Source of the DNA: Acutalibacteraceae bacterium
Lineage (GTDB): Bacteria; Bacillota; Clostridia; Oscillospirales; Acutalibacteraceae
Length of the DNA: 64,000 nt
NCBI GenBank assembly: GCA_045660345.1
Contig: JAZRDP010000014.1
Location: forward strand, 6,615 to 70,614
Direction: 5' to 3'
The notes under the pieces are model-generated. The model was given only the letters and a program-made list of their open reading frames with translations. It searched no databases and was not told the origin of the DNA. Position numbers and translations under genes: made by a program. Below, piece after piece: positions 7,800-16,517 of this stretch; within the stretch, counting starts at the first letter, position 1, and each line of letters opens with the position of its first letter.

Positions 7800-10211
7800 T
7801 TATATTCTTGCTTTTGCTTCATCATACATCTTTTCGATTTCTTCGAAATGACTATAGTTTTCCTTCTGCTTTATAAGCTTTTCTGCATCAAGATAAACCT
7901 TTGCTGCACGATTGAAATATGCATGCTTATCCATTTCCTCTTTAGAGAACTTACGAGCAGCCTTTCTGTCAGCATCTGTTGCTTTAACATCTGCTTTAAG
8001 CTGAGCAACCTTTGCGGAATCCTTTGTCTTCTTTGCAATTCTGATTTCTGCATATAACTCTTTAAGCTTTGCTTCGCAGTCATCTTCAGCATTAAAGAAC
8101 TTATCAAGCTCTGCGAAGTCAGGCTGTTTGAATTCCTGACCGTTGCTGAAATACTTTTTAACTGCTTTGTAAGAAGATTTTTTACTCTTAGCAATTTCAA
8201 TAGCAGTTTTACGGATTTCTTTCTCTTCTTTAGTTGCCTTAGACATTCCTTTAGCAACAGTGATTTCCTGATTGATAAGAGAAATATCTGCATTAAGAAG
8301 GGCATCAAGACCTGCTGAATATACCTTTTCGTTTTCTCTTACCTGAAGTTGAACTGCAGGAGTTGAGAACTTTTCAAGCTCTTCGCAAACAAATTTACCG
8401 ATTTCAATTTCATCGTTAAATTCTTTATCTGCAAGGTATGCTTTCTTTGCAGCTTTTCTTTCTTCTTTATCTTTTATGGATTTAAAGGATTTTTTGTCTA
8501 ACGCTTTAGGCGAAGCTACCGCCATTTCTTTTGCTTTACGGATAATGTCAATAACCTCAACAAGCTCTCCATCCTTAAGAATACCGTTACCATAATCTTC
8601 AAACATAGCACGAACCTTAAGAACACGGATAACAGATTTCTGTTTCCTTTCATTAAAGTCATACCAGATATAAGGAACAACATTCATCAATGCGCCAACT
8701 GCAGCAACAAGAATAAGAACCTTTATAAGACTTAAAAGAATATCTGGGTCATAAAGAGCAGAAAGAGCATTATTATAGTTATCCTGTCCGTTTGCCATCT
8801 GCTCTGAAAGAATCTGGCCAACTGTTTTACCATCACCTAAAACTCTGTTAAGAACCTCAGGGTCAGATGTAACCTGAGCTGCATTTTCTTTTGTCAAACC
8901 GTTTTTCTCATAAATGAACGGAAGAACCGAAGAAGTAAGAAGAGTTATAACAGTACCGATTGTTGTAACAACGGCAAACATACCATCAATTCTTTCCCCT
9001 GTTCTATACTGCTGATAGTCACGGATATCTGCCTGAATTGAAGGATTAAGAATATGAGCAAATGAACCCATAAAAGCATTTAGATATAAGCAACCTAATA
9101 CTAACCAGATTGTAAGGTTACTGATTTCTTTTGTTGCAGGAAGAAGCATCAAGATAAACAAAATATTAAATAAGTTAGTAACAACGAGAACTGCTTTTTT
9201 GCCCCATTTTCTGATACAGAATGGTGCGAAAAGCATACCCCATAGGGATGCATTACCATAAACTGTGATAACAAGGCTATAAATATTACCGGAGCAAGCC
9301 CCACCATAGTTATAAATCCAGAACATTACATTCGCATAAGCGGACTCTAAGAAACCAATCCAACCAGCAAGAGAAATAATCCAGAAATATTTATTCTTTG
9401 CAACTGCTTTAAGAGCATCAATAAATTTAATCTGAACAACGTGAGTTCTTGCCTGAACGATTTTTTCTTCTGTATGCTTATAAACAATCATACAAAGAAG
9501 AAGTCCACCCACTGTAAGAATAGGATACAAGAATCTGTAAACACGAATATCGGTTGTATTTGAATGGAATATATTAGATGCAATAATTGGAGTGAAAAGG
9601 TTTACAACTGTTGGAGCAAAGGAATAAACAACGCTCTTAATTGATGCAACATCTGTTCTTTCCTGTGAGTTGGGCGAAAGAACGTGAATAAGATTTTCAT
9701 AAGCATCATAGAAGAAGTAATAGAAGAAGTGCAATAACAGGTTCAGGAACATTATGATTGCACATTTCGCAACATAAGCCTTTGTTTCACCGAAAATCAT
9801 TCCGTCCCCTAACCAGTCGGAAAGCTTTGCATAAGGGAACCATACCATAAGGTTACAAATAATCGCCGCTGGAATAGCCATTGAAACTATGTAAGGACGA
9901 TATTTACCTGCTTTATTACGGGTATTGTCAATGATATTGGCACGAATACCTGTTAACGGGATATTTGCAACAACTGCAAGAACGTACATTATGTACATGT
10001 CCATTGGGTCAACACCCAATGTACTGGAAAGAAGAGTGCTGTTTGTTGCCAATAAACAAGCAGAACCCATTGTGATAATCATATATGCACCGATACCACC
10101 GCCGGAATAAGCGGCAATTTCCTTATAGGGCATATATCTTTTTGCAGGCGGATTTTTCCAATAGGTTTTAACCTTTGAGATACCATCAGCTGCTTTTTGC
10201 TTTAAGCTCAT
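7800..10211 (-). CDS. MFS/GPH-type sugar:cation symporter with a ~275-aa K/E-rich C-terminal extension
   Basis: 803 aa. Residues 1 to about 525 are polytopic with GPH-family character (YMPYKEIAAYSGGGIGAYM...). The last ~275 aa are charged, K/E/A-rich and helical-looking. Confidence 0.75.
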   Translation of the reverse strand: MSLKQKAADGISKVKTYWKNPPAKRYMPYKEIAAYSGGGIGAYMIITMGSACLLATNSTLLSSTLGVDPMDMYIMYVLAVVANIPLTGIRANIIDNTRNKAGKYRPYIVSMAIPAAIICNLMVWFPYAKLSDWLGDGMIFGETKAYVAKCAIIMFLNLLLHFFYYFFYDAYENLIHVLSPNSQERTDVASIKSVVYSFAPTVVNLFTPIIASNIFHSNTTDIRVYRFLYPILTVGGLLLCMIVYKHTEEKIVQARTHVVQIKFIDALKAVAKNKYFWIISLAGWIGFLESAYANVMFWIYNYGGACSGNIYSLVITVYGNASLWGMLFAPFCIRKWGKKAVLVVTNLFNILFILMLLPATKEISNLTIWLVLGCLYLNAFMGSFAHILNPSIQADIRDYQQYRTGERIDGMFAVVTTIGTVITLLTSSVLPFIYEKNGLTKENAAQVTSDPEVLNRVLGDGKTVGQILSEQMANGQDNYNNALSALYDPDILLSLIKVLILVAAVGALMNVVPYIWYDFNERKQKSVIRVLKVRAMFEDYGNGILKDGELVEVIDIIRKAKEMAVASPKALDKKSFKSIKDKEERKAAKKAYLADKEFNDEIEIGKFVCEELEKFSTPAVQLQVRENEKVYSAGLDALLNADISLINQEITVAKGMSKATKEEKEIRKTAIEIAKSKKSSYKAVKKYFSNGQEFKQPDFAELDKFFNAEDDCEAKLKELYAEIRIAKKTKDSAKVAQLKADVKATDADRKAARKFSKEEMDKHAYFNRAAKVYLDAEKLIKQKENYSHFEEIEKMYDEAKARI

Positions 10212-10287
10212 TTCGATACTCCTTTTTTCAAAATTTACTCAATATTATAACATTATATATAGTATCATAGAATAAAGCTTTGTTCAA

Positions 10288-10335
10288 TGCAAAATAAAGA
10301 AGATTAACGAGAGTTTCACACTTTCGTTAATCTTC
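10288..10335 (-). terminator. Rho-independent terminator after the SPFH gene
   Basis: 12-bp stem GAAGATTAACGA / TCGTTAATCTTC (10299-10310 / 10324-10335), followed on the minus strand by TTTATTTT. Confidence 0.7.
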
Positions 10336-10372
10336 AACAAAGTTAAATTATTTTAAATGTGCAAAACAACAA

Positions 10373-11254
10373 TTAGTTTTCGGAGTTATCTCCGTTACCA
10401 TCTGCAGAAACATCAAGAATTGAAGCACCACCTGTTGCATAAGGAAGCTTACCGTCCCATTTTTCAATTTTATTATTTTCAAGAACCTTGTCATTAAGTG
10501 ACTTTGCAATAGTTTCATTTGCCTCTGCCTGAGCCTCAGCCTTTTTCAGAATTGCCTTAGCTTCTGCTTCAGCGGCAATAACCTTTTTTTCAGCCTGAGC
10601 ATTTGCTTCAACAATTAACTGCTCCTGCTCTGTTTTCGCTTTAAGAAGATTCTGCTGAGCTACTTCTTTTGCTTCGATAGCCTTTGAAAACTCTTCTGAG
10701 AATGAGAAATTAACAATATTGAACTTTTCGATGATAATACCGTACTCTTCCATTTTCTCGGCAAGTGTTTCCTGAATTTCAAGAGCGACCTTTGAACGAC
10801 TTGTTACAAGCTGTTCTGCAGTATATTTTGCGCTTACTGCCTTAAGGCTTTCGTGAATAGCAGGCATAAGCATAATTGACTCATAATCTTTGCCTATTTC
10901 TCTGTAAATTTTTGCTGATGAGCTGTCGCCTATTTTATAGTTGACAACAATAGTAGTTGAAATCGCCTGAAGGTCTTTAGAAACTGATTCAGCACCTTCA
11001 ATTTCGCATTTCTGAATCTGATTGCTCATTTTAACAACATTCTGCACAACGGGCGCTTTGAAATGAAAACCTTCGGACAAAACATTGTTGCTTACTTTAC
11101 CTAATGTCACAACAACACCTGTATGTCCTGCAGGAACAATTGTAATTGAAGCTAAAAGCACAACTGCTGCAATCGCAACTACAACTCCTGCTATAATTAA
11201 CTTTTTAACTGATGTAAAACTGAATTCGCCAACAACCTTAGCATTTTTAATCAT
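10373..11254 (-). CDS. SPFH/band-7 (prohibitin/HflC-like) membrane protein
   Basis: 293 aa. N-terminal TM helix, SPFH core (VVTLGKV..GFHFKAPVVQNV) and an A/E/K-rich C-terminal coiled-coil-like region. Confidence 0.8.
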   Translation of the reverse strand: MIKNAKVVGEFSFTSVKKLIIAGVVVAIAAVVLLASITIVPAGHTGVVVTLGKVSNNVLSEGFHFKAPVVQNVVKMSNQIQKCEIEGAESVSKDLQAISTTIVVNYKIGDSSSAKIYREIGKDYESIMLMPAIHESLKAVSAKYTAEQLVTSRSKVALEIQETLAEKMEEYGIIIEKFNIVNFSFSEEFSKAIEAKEVAQQNLLKAKTEQEQLIVEANAQAEKKVIAAEAEAKAILKKAEAQAEANETIAKSLNDKVLENNKIEKWDGKLPYATGGASILDVSADGNGDNSEN

Positions 11255-11287
11255 TTTATGTACTCCTTTTTAAATTTCATATATTTT

Positions 11288-11303
11288 TGTTCCACGTGAA
11301 ACA
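11288..11303. promoter_or_regulatory. parS: parS centromere-like site (exact match to TGTTNCACGTGAAACA)
   Basis: TGTTCCACGTGAAACA read directly from the sequence. It is identical to the B. subtilis parS consensus. Confidence 0.85.
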
Positions 11304-11345
11304 TTTTGGCATTATAACCTTATTCTCGTGAAACTATTTTCTCAT

Positions 11346-11361
11346 TGTTCCACGTGGAACA
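11346..11361. promoter_or_regulatory. parS: parS site, perfect-palindrome variant
   Basis: TGTTCCACGTGGAACA has one difference from the consensus and is a perfect 16-bp palindrome. It lies 42 nt from the first site. Confidence 0.75.
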
Positions 11362-11889
11362 TTAATCATCCATAAATTCCTGAAGCATTTTTTCAGCTTC
11401 ATTTTTAAGATTAGAAGAAATATGAGCCAACATCATTATTTCAAGAGCATTGCGCAATTTCTCTTTGCCTCCGGAAAAAGGCTCTTCGTAATCTTTTATT
11501 TCTTCATCAATAACATTGACAACTGTTTCCTTGTTCCAATTTCCGATTTTGTCAATTTCTTCGGTAACGGAACACATAATACTATATAGTTCACCGTCGG
11601 GAATAGCGTCGTCACACCTTTCGTCAACCTTACCGTTGATATATGACATTAAGGAAACAATGTTTGAGAGCTGCATAGCACCTTTAAGCATATTGATTAT
11701 AAGAACTCTTGCAATAGATTCCTCTCCATAACGGCGCTCCTTGGGAGGCTCAATCCAACCGCGTTTTACCCAGTTCTGAATTGTTGTTGCTTCAAGACCT
11801 GAAATTTCTGCAAGCTGAGAAAGGGTGAAGCCACCTGTAAGCTTCATAGCCGTTCTTATTGGTTCAAATGCTCTATCCTTCATTTGCAT
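11362..11889 (-). CDS. MerR-like HTH protein (DUF1836-like)
   Basis: ORF 11362..11943 trimmed to ATG 11889, which is 8 nt after AGGAG. The ORF-track ATG lies between the -35 and -10 of the gene's own promoter. The HTH segment is FTLSQLAEISGLEATTIQNWVKRGWI. Confidence 0.6.
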   Translation of the reverse strand: MQMKDRAFEPIRTAMKLTGGFTLSQLAEISGLEATTIQNWVKRGWIEPPKERRYGEESIARVLIINMLKGAMQLSNIVSLMSYINGKVDERCDDAIPDGELYSIMCSVTEEIDKIGNWNKETVVNVIDEEIKDYEEPFSGGKEKLRNALEIMMLAHISSNLKNEAEKMLQEFMDD

Positions 11890-11933
11890 TCTCATACTCC
11901 TTTCGTCCCACGATTGCTTATCGTGTTGATATG

Positions 11934-11962
11934 ATAATATCACAGGTTCATATGACTGTCAA
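11934..11962 (-). promoter_or_regulatory. Sigma-A-type promoter of the MerR-like gene
   Basis: On the minus strand: TTGACA (11957-11962), 17-nt spacer, TATTAT (11934-11939). Confidence 0.6.
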
Positions 11963-12085
11963 GTATTTTCTTGTGATTTTTAACATATTTTTACAATATC
12001 CGACAAAAAGCCGTTTTTTTGTAGTTTTACTTTCCTTTAACACTATATTCATAGTTTGCTAATATTTTTTTGTTAAACTTTAGTT

Positions 12086-12229
12086 GTACTTGGAAAGGGA
12101 GCCGCACCCTAGTACAAGTATTTAGTTCTGTGAGGAACTAACCCCTCCTCAAGTAAACCCTAGATACAGAGTGTTATACTTTGTATCGGAAACGCAGCAT
12201 CTGTCCCCACAGATGCTGTTTTTCTTTTT
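12086..12229 (+). ncRNA. Candidate stand-alone small RNA (family not recognised)
   Basis: Extended -10 TGtTAAACT (12071-12079). Hairpins at 12084-12117, 12122-12141 and 12163-12187. An unpaired CCCCTCCTC lies at 12142-12150. A strong terminator CAGCATCTGT-CCCC-ACAGATGCTG plus TTTTTCTTTTT lies at 12194-12229. The 5' end is uncertain. Confidence 0.35.
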
Positions 12230-12237
12230 AAAGAATA

Positions 12238-12266
12238 TTGACTTAATAATAATATTATTGTAAAAT
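12238..12266 (+). promoter_or_regulatory. Sigma-A-type promoter of the ABC operon
   Basis: TTGACT (12238-12243), 17-nt spacer, TAAAAT (12261-12266). Confidence 0.65.
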
Positions 12267-12300
12267 ATATAATTGATTTAGTTTGTGAAAAAATCTGAAA

Positions 12301-12456
12301 TTAAGTTGGCGAGAATAATCCGAAATAGCATGAAAGCGTTCTTTTTCAAGTCTTTTCGGCGCTTCGCCCTTGTTGACGGATTCACGAGTATTTTAACAAT
12401 AGATTGGCGAAAATCTGCATTCAAAAAACTGTTTTGGATTATTCTCGCCAACTTAA
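12301..12456 (+). repeat. 156-nt element bounded by 25-bp terminal inverted repeats in the ABC operon leader
   Basis: TTAAGTTGGCGAGAATAATCCGAAA (12301-12325) against the reverse complement of TTTTGGATTATTCTCGCCAACTTAA (12432-12456). The match is 24 of 25, and the mismatch would be a G-U pair in RNA. Three further pairs extend it inward. It ends 7 nt before the GGAGG SD. Confidence 0.7.
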
Positions 12457-12475
12457 ACAGATTGGAGGCTTCATT

Positions 12476-13174
12476 TTGGCTATCATTCAGGTTGACGCTC
12501 TTACAAAAGCATATGGCGACAACATAGTTATTAATGATATGAGTTTTTCTCTTCCACAGGGTGAAATTATCGGTTTATTCGGACCCAACGGATGCGGTAA
12601 AACTACTCTTATGAAAATTCTTACCGGTCTTATTCACGACTATAAAGGAAATGTTCTTATAGATGGTGTCAAGCCCGGTGAACAGACAAAGGCTTATACT
12701 GCTTATCTTCCCGAGCAAACCTTTGTTCACGAATGGATGAGAAATATTGATGCAGTAGATTATTTCAATGATTTCTTCTCTGACTTTGATAAAAATAAAG
12801 CTCTTGAAATGCTCAAGCGCTTCGGTCTTTCCGAAAAGCAGAAAGCTAAGACAATGTCAAAGGGTATGCAGGAAAAGCTTTTATTGTCTCTGGTTATGTC
12901 AAGAGATGCAAAGCTTTATATATTGGACGAGCCTATGGGCGGTGTTGACCCTGCAACAAGAAGCTCAATCCTTAATTTCATTATGGAAAACTATGCAGAG
13001 AAATCAACTCTTCTTGTTTCTACTCATCTTATAAACGATTTACAATCTGTTTTCACTCACGCTTTATTTATAGGCAACGGAAAAGCTCTTCTAAACGATA
13101 GCGTTGAAAACCTTACAAAAGACGGTAAATCAATCGAGAACATTTTTAAGGAGGTATTTTCTAATGTTTGGTAA
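12476..13174 (+). CDS. ABC transporter ATP-binding protein
   Basis: Walker A GPNGCGKTT, signature SKGMQEKL, Walker B LYILDEP. The start is moved to TTG 12476 (GGAGG 7 nt upstream) because ATG 12404 lies inside the leader inverted-repeat element. Confidence 0.85.
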   Translation: MAIIQVDALTKAYGDNIVINDMSFSLPQGEIIGLFGPNGCGKTTLMKILTGLIHDYKGNVLIDGVKPGEQTKAYTAYLPEQTFVHEWMRNIDAVDYFNDFFSDFDKNKALEMLKRFGLSEKQKAKTMSKGMQEKLLLSLVMSRDAKLYILDEPMGGVDPATRSSILNFIMENYAEKSTLLVSTHLINDLQSVFTHALFIGNGKALLNDSVENLTKDGKSIENIFKEVFSNVW

Positions 13175-13988
13175 GCTCCTAAAAAATGACCTTAAAGCAC
13201 AGTGGCATTCAATGTCATTGGTTTTCCTTTGCACTTTTATTATTGCAGTAGTAGCGGAGGTATTTACCTTAACATCTGACAACAAGGTTGTAACAGTAAT
13301 GGGTGGTATGCTTGTAAGCCTTGCATTGGGCTTTGCTTGCATCATTATTATCATCGCTGTTGCTTTGATGTTTTCAAAAACAATGTTTGGCAGGGCAGGT
13401 TATCTTACCTTGACTCTTCCCGTAAAAACAGGCTCACTTTTAATTTCAAAAACAATTTCCAGTCTTATCTGGGTTTTCGTTGTTTACGCCTTGTTTTTAG
13501 GCTCTCTTTTCCTCTGGGTATTTCAGGTTAAAGATGAATTAGGTCAAGAGGTTATGGAAAGTGCTGAAAACCTTTTAAAGCTTTTCGGTGTCCCCTCCTT
13601 CTTAACAATTTTTATGGGTGTTATTTCCTTCTTTATTTCCCTTGCAGTGCTTGTACTTGTTGCAATTCAAGCCCTTCAGTTAGGCTTAACACTTTCCCAT
13701 GTTTCCCCTGTTTCTAAATTTGGAAACATTGGAGTAATTATTATTTTCTTCGGACTTTTTGCTGTAATTCAGTCAGCTTCAAATGCAATTGCTGATTTAC
13801 TCCCCCTGGGATTTGTTATTACTCCCGATGTTATTAAGATTACAAGCAACATATATTCAACTCAAGCAACCTTAGGCGCAAACGCAATGAGTATAAATAT
13901 TGTCGGCTCTATTGTTAGACTTGCAGTTGCAATCGGTCTTCATTTCCCCACAAAATACCTTATTCAGCATAAGGTTAGCATAAAATAA
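13164..13988 (+). CDS. ABC-2-type transporter permease (family not recognised)
   Basis: ATG 13164 with an AAGGAGG SD, overlapping the ATPase gene by 11 nt. About six hydrophobic segments. Confidence 0.65.
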   Translation: MFGKLLKNDLKAQWHSMSLVFLCTFIIAVVAEVFTLTSDNKVVTVMGGMLVSLALGFACIIIIIAVALMFSKTMFGRAGYLTLTLPVKTGSLLISKTISSLIWVFVVYALFLGSLFLWVFQVKDELGQEVMESAENLLKLFGVPSFLTIFMGVISFFISLAVLVLVAIQALQLGLTLSHVSPVSKFGNIGVIIIFFGLFAVIQSASNAIADLLPLGFVITPDVIKITSNIYSTQATLGANAMSINIVGSIVRLAVAIGLHFPTKYLIQHKVSIK

Positions 13989-14018
13989 TTATTCTTTCTT
14001 CAGAAAGGGCGTATAAAC

Positions 14019-15800
14019 ATGGATAATATGAACGGTCTTAAAAGATCCGTTTACTGCGGCGAGCTTCGTGCAGAAAATATCGGTAACGAAGTAACCGTTT
14101 GCGGTTGGGTTGCAAAGCAGCGTGACCTTGGCGCACTTATTTTCGTTGACCTGCGTGACAGAACAGGGATTGTTCAGTTAGCATTTGACGAAACAACAGA
14201 TAAAGAAATTTTTGAAAAGGCTTTCGCAGTAAGAAGCGAATTCGTGCTTATGGCAAAGGGTATTGTTCGTGAGCGTTCTTCTAAAAACAGCGAAATTCCC
14301 ACAGGCGACATCGAAATTGATGTTAAGGATTTAAGAGTTCTCTCAAAAAGTGAAACTCCTCCCTTTGATATAGTTGAAAACTGTCAGACAGCAGAGCTTA
14401 CAAGACTTAAATATCGTTATCTTGACCTTCGCCGTCCTGATTTACAGAACAACATCCTTTTCCGTCACAAGGTAACAAAAATCACCCGTGACTATTTTGA
14501 TGAAAACGGATTTATTGAGATTGAAACACCTATGCTCATTAAATCAACACCCGAAGGTGCAAGAGACTTCCTTGTTCCAAGCCGTATTCATCAGGGTTCA
14601 TTCTATGCTCTTCCTCAGTCACCCCAGCTTTACAAGCAGCTTTCAATGGTTGCAGGCTTTGACAGATATATGCAGATTGCCCGTTGTTTCCGTGACGAAG
14701 ACTTAAGAGCAGACAGACAGCCTGAATTTACTCAGATTGACCTTGAAATGTCTTTTGTTACAATGGAAGATGTTCTTTCAATCGGTGAAGGCTATATTTC
14801 AAGAGTATTCAAGGAAGCTCTCGGAGTAGAAATTCCTCTTCCCCTTCCCAGACTTACTTATAAGGAAGCAATGGAACGCTACGGCTCCGATAAGCCTGAT
14901 ACCCGTTTTGGTATGGAAATTTTCGACCTTACCGATATTGTTAAGGACTGTGGCTTCTCTGTATTTTCAGGCGCAGTTGCAGGTGGCGGTTCAGTTCGCG
15001 GTATTACAGCTAAAAATGCAGTTACAACATATACAAGAAAAGAAGTTGACAAGCTTACAGAATTTGCAAAGGGAATCGGCGCAAAGGGTCTTGCTTGGAT
15101 TCGTCTTACAGATGATGGTATTGCTTCCTCATTTGCAAAGTTTATGACTGAGGACGAAATGAAAGCAATACTTGACAGAGCAGGTGCTGAAAAGGGCGAT
15201 GTTGTTTTCATTATCGCAGATACAAAGAACAGTTCCGTTCTTTCAACTCTCGGCTCTCTTCGTAATGAAGCAGCAAAGAAGCTTGATATTATCGGCGACG
15301 GCTTCAATCTCTTATGGATTGTTGAATTCCCCTTCTTCGATTGGGACGAAGATACACAGCAGTTTGTTGCAATGCATCATCCCTTCACCTCACCTCTTCC
15401 CGAATGTCTTCCCTACCTTGAAACAGATAAGGCATCTGTAAGAGCAGAGGCATACGACCTTGTTCTTAATGGTGTTGAGCTTTCTTCAGGCTCAATCCGT
15501 ATTACTGATTCCGATTTACAGGACAGAATTTTCAAGCTTCTCGGTCTTTCCGATGAAGAAGCACAGCAGAAATTCGGCTACCTTCTTGATGCGTTCAAAT
15601 TCGGTCCTCCTCCTCATGGTGGTATGGGTATCGGTCTTGACAGACTTATTATGCAGCTTCTTCAGGTTGACTCTCTTCGTGATGTTATTGCCTTCCCCAA
15701 GGTGCAGAATGCAAGCGAGCCTATGACAGAATGTCCCTCAAGGGTTGACAATATTCAGCTTGATGAATTAGGTATTGATTTAAAAGCTGAAGAAAAATAA
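14019..15800 (+). CDS. aspS: Aspartate--tRNA ligase
   Basis: 593 aa, full-length bacterial AspRS pattern (FRDEDLRADRQPEFTQID, GGMGIGLDRL). Confidence 0.95.
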   Translation: MDNMNGLKRSVYCGELRAENIGNEVTVCGWVAKQRDLGALIFVDLRDRTGIVQLAFDETTDKEIFEKAFAVRSEFVLMAKGIVRERSSKNSEIPTGDIEIDVKDLRVLSKSETPPFDIVENCQTAELTRLKYRYLDLRRPDLQNNILFRHKVTKITRDYFDENGFIEIETPMLIKSTPEGARDFLVPSRIHQGSFYALPQSPQLYKQLSMVAGFDRYMQIARCFRDEDLRADRQPEFTQIDLEMSFVTMEDVLSIGEGYISRVFKEALGVEIPLPLPRLTYKEAMERYGSDKPDTRFGMEIFDLTDIVKDCGFSVFSGAVAGGGSVRGITAKNAVTTYTRKEVDKLTEFAKGIGAKGLAWIRLTDDGIASSFAKFMTEDEMKAILDRAGAEKGDVVFIIADTKNSSVLSTLGSLRNEAAKKLDIIGDGFNLLWIVEFPFFDWDEDTQQFVAMHHPFTSPLPECLPYLETDKASVRAEAYDLVLNGVELSSGSIRITDSDLQDRIFKLLGLSDEEAQQKFGYLLDAFKFGPPPHGGMGIGLDRLIMQLLQVDSLRDVIAFPKVQNASEPMTECPSRVDNIQLDELGIDLKAEEK

Positions 15801-15850
15801 AAATAAACTGAATTTTTCCCCTATTTCAATGTCAAAATATAAAAAAACAC

Positions 15851-15879
15851 TTGAAAATAGGGGCGAAATATTATAAAAT
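15851..15879 (+). promoter_or_regulatory. Sigma-A-type promoter of efp
   Basis: TTGAAA (15851-15856), 17-nt spacer, TAAAAT (15874-15879). Confidence 0.55.
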
Positions 15880-15921
15880 TATTATGTAAAAATATGAAAT
15901 TCAATTTCGGAGGATTAAATT

Positions 15922-16479
15922 ATGGTAACAGCAGGCGATTTCAAAAACGGTGTTACATTCGAAATGGATGGTAAGGTTTACTCCATCATCGAATTCCAGC
16001 ACGTTAAACCCGGTAAAGGCGCAGCTTTTGTTCGTACAAAAATCAGAGACGTAATCAACGGTAGTGTTGTTGAAAAAACATTCAGCCCCACAGACAAATA
16101 TCCTACAGCTTTCATCGAGAGAAAAGATATGGAATATTCTTATGAAGACGGCGGTCTTTATTATTTCATGGATCCCGAAAGCTATGAAATGATTCCCGTT
16201 GACGCTTCAAACCTTTCCGATAACTTCAAGTTCGTTAAGGAAAATATGACATGTAAAATTCTTTCTTACAAGGGCAACGTTTTTGGCGTTGAACCCCCCA
16301 CATTCGTAACTCTTCAGGTTACAAAAACTGATCCCGGTTTCGCAGGTAACACAGCTACTAATGCTACAAAGCCCGCTACTGTTGAAACAGGTGCAGAAAT
16401 CAAGGTTCCTCTCTTTATCGACGAGGGCGAAATGATTAACATTGACACAAGAACAGGTGAATACCTCTCAAGAGCATAA
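15922..16479 (+). CDS. efp: Elongation factor P
   Basis: 185 aa. The [12 protein letters not shown] loop is the Lys-type PGKG form. GGAGG SD. Confidence 0.95.
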   Translation: MVTAGDFKNGVTFEMDGKVYSIIEFQHVKPGKGAAFVRTKIRDVINGSVVEKTFSPTDKYPTAFIERKDMEYSYEDGGLYYFMDPESYEMIPVDASNLSDNFKFVKENMTCKILSYKGNVFGVEPPTFVTLQVTKTDPGFAGNTATNATKPATVETGAEIKVPLFIDEGEMINIDTRTGEYLSRA

Positions 16480-16517
16480 GTTTTTGAGTGTTCAATAAAT
16501 TTTAGGAGGTCATTGAA

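Noticed and set aside
7871-8308. 145-aa same-strand alternative-frame ORF in the 3' part of the MFS gene.
   Set aside because: It is a by-product of the repetitive K/E-rich coding of the C-terminal tail. No independent start signals are present.
11890-11943. N-terminal 18 codons of the ORF-track call for the MerR-like gene.
   Set aside because: The ATG at 11943 lies between the -35 and -10 elements of the gene's own promoter, so it would not be transcribed. ATG 11889 follows AGGAG by 8 nt.
12285-12527. 80-aa GTG-initiated ORF upstream of and overlapping the ABC ATPase gene.
   Set aside because: It spans the inverted-repeat leader element and overlaps the real ATPase start. It has no SD and an implausible basic, hydrophobic composition.
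13989-14018. Looked for a T-box leader upstream of aspS, which is common in Firmicutes.
   Set aside because: Only 30 nt separate the ABC permease stop from the aspS start, so there is no room for a T-box. aspS appears to be co-transcribed with, or read through from, the ABC operon.
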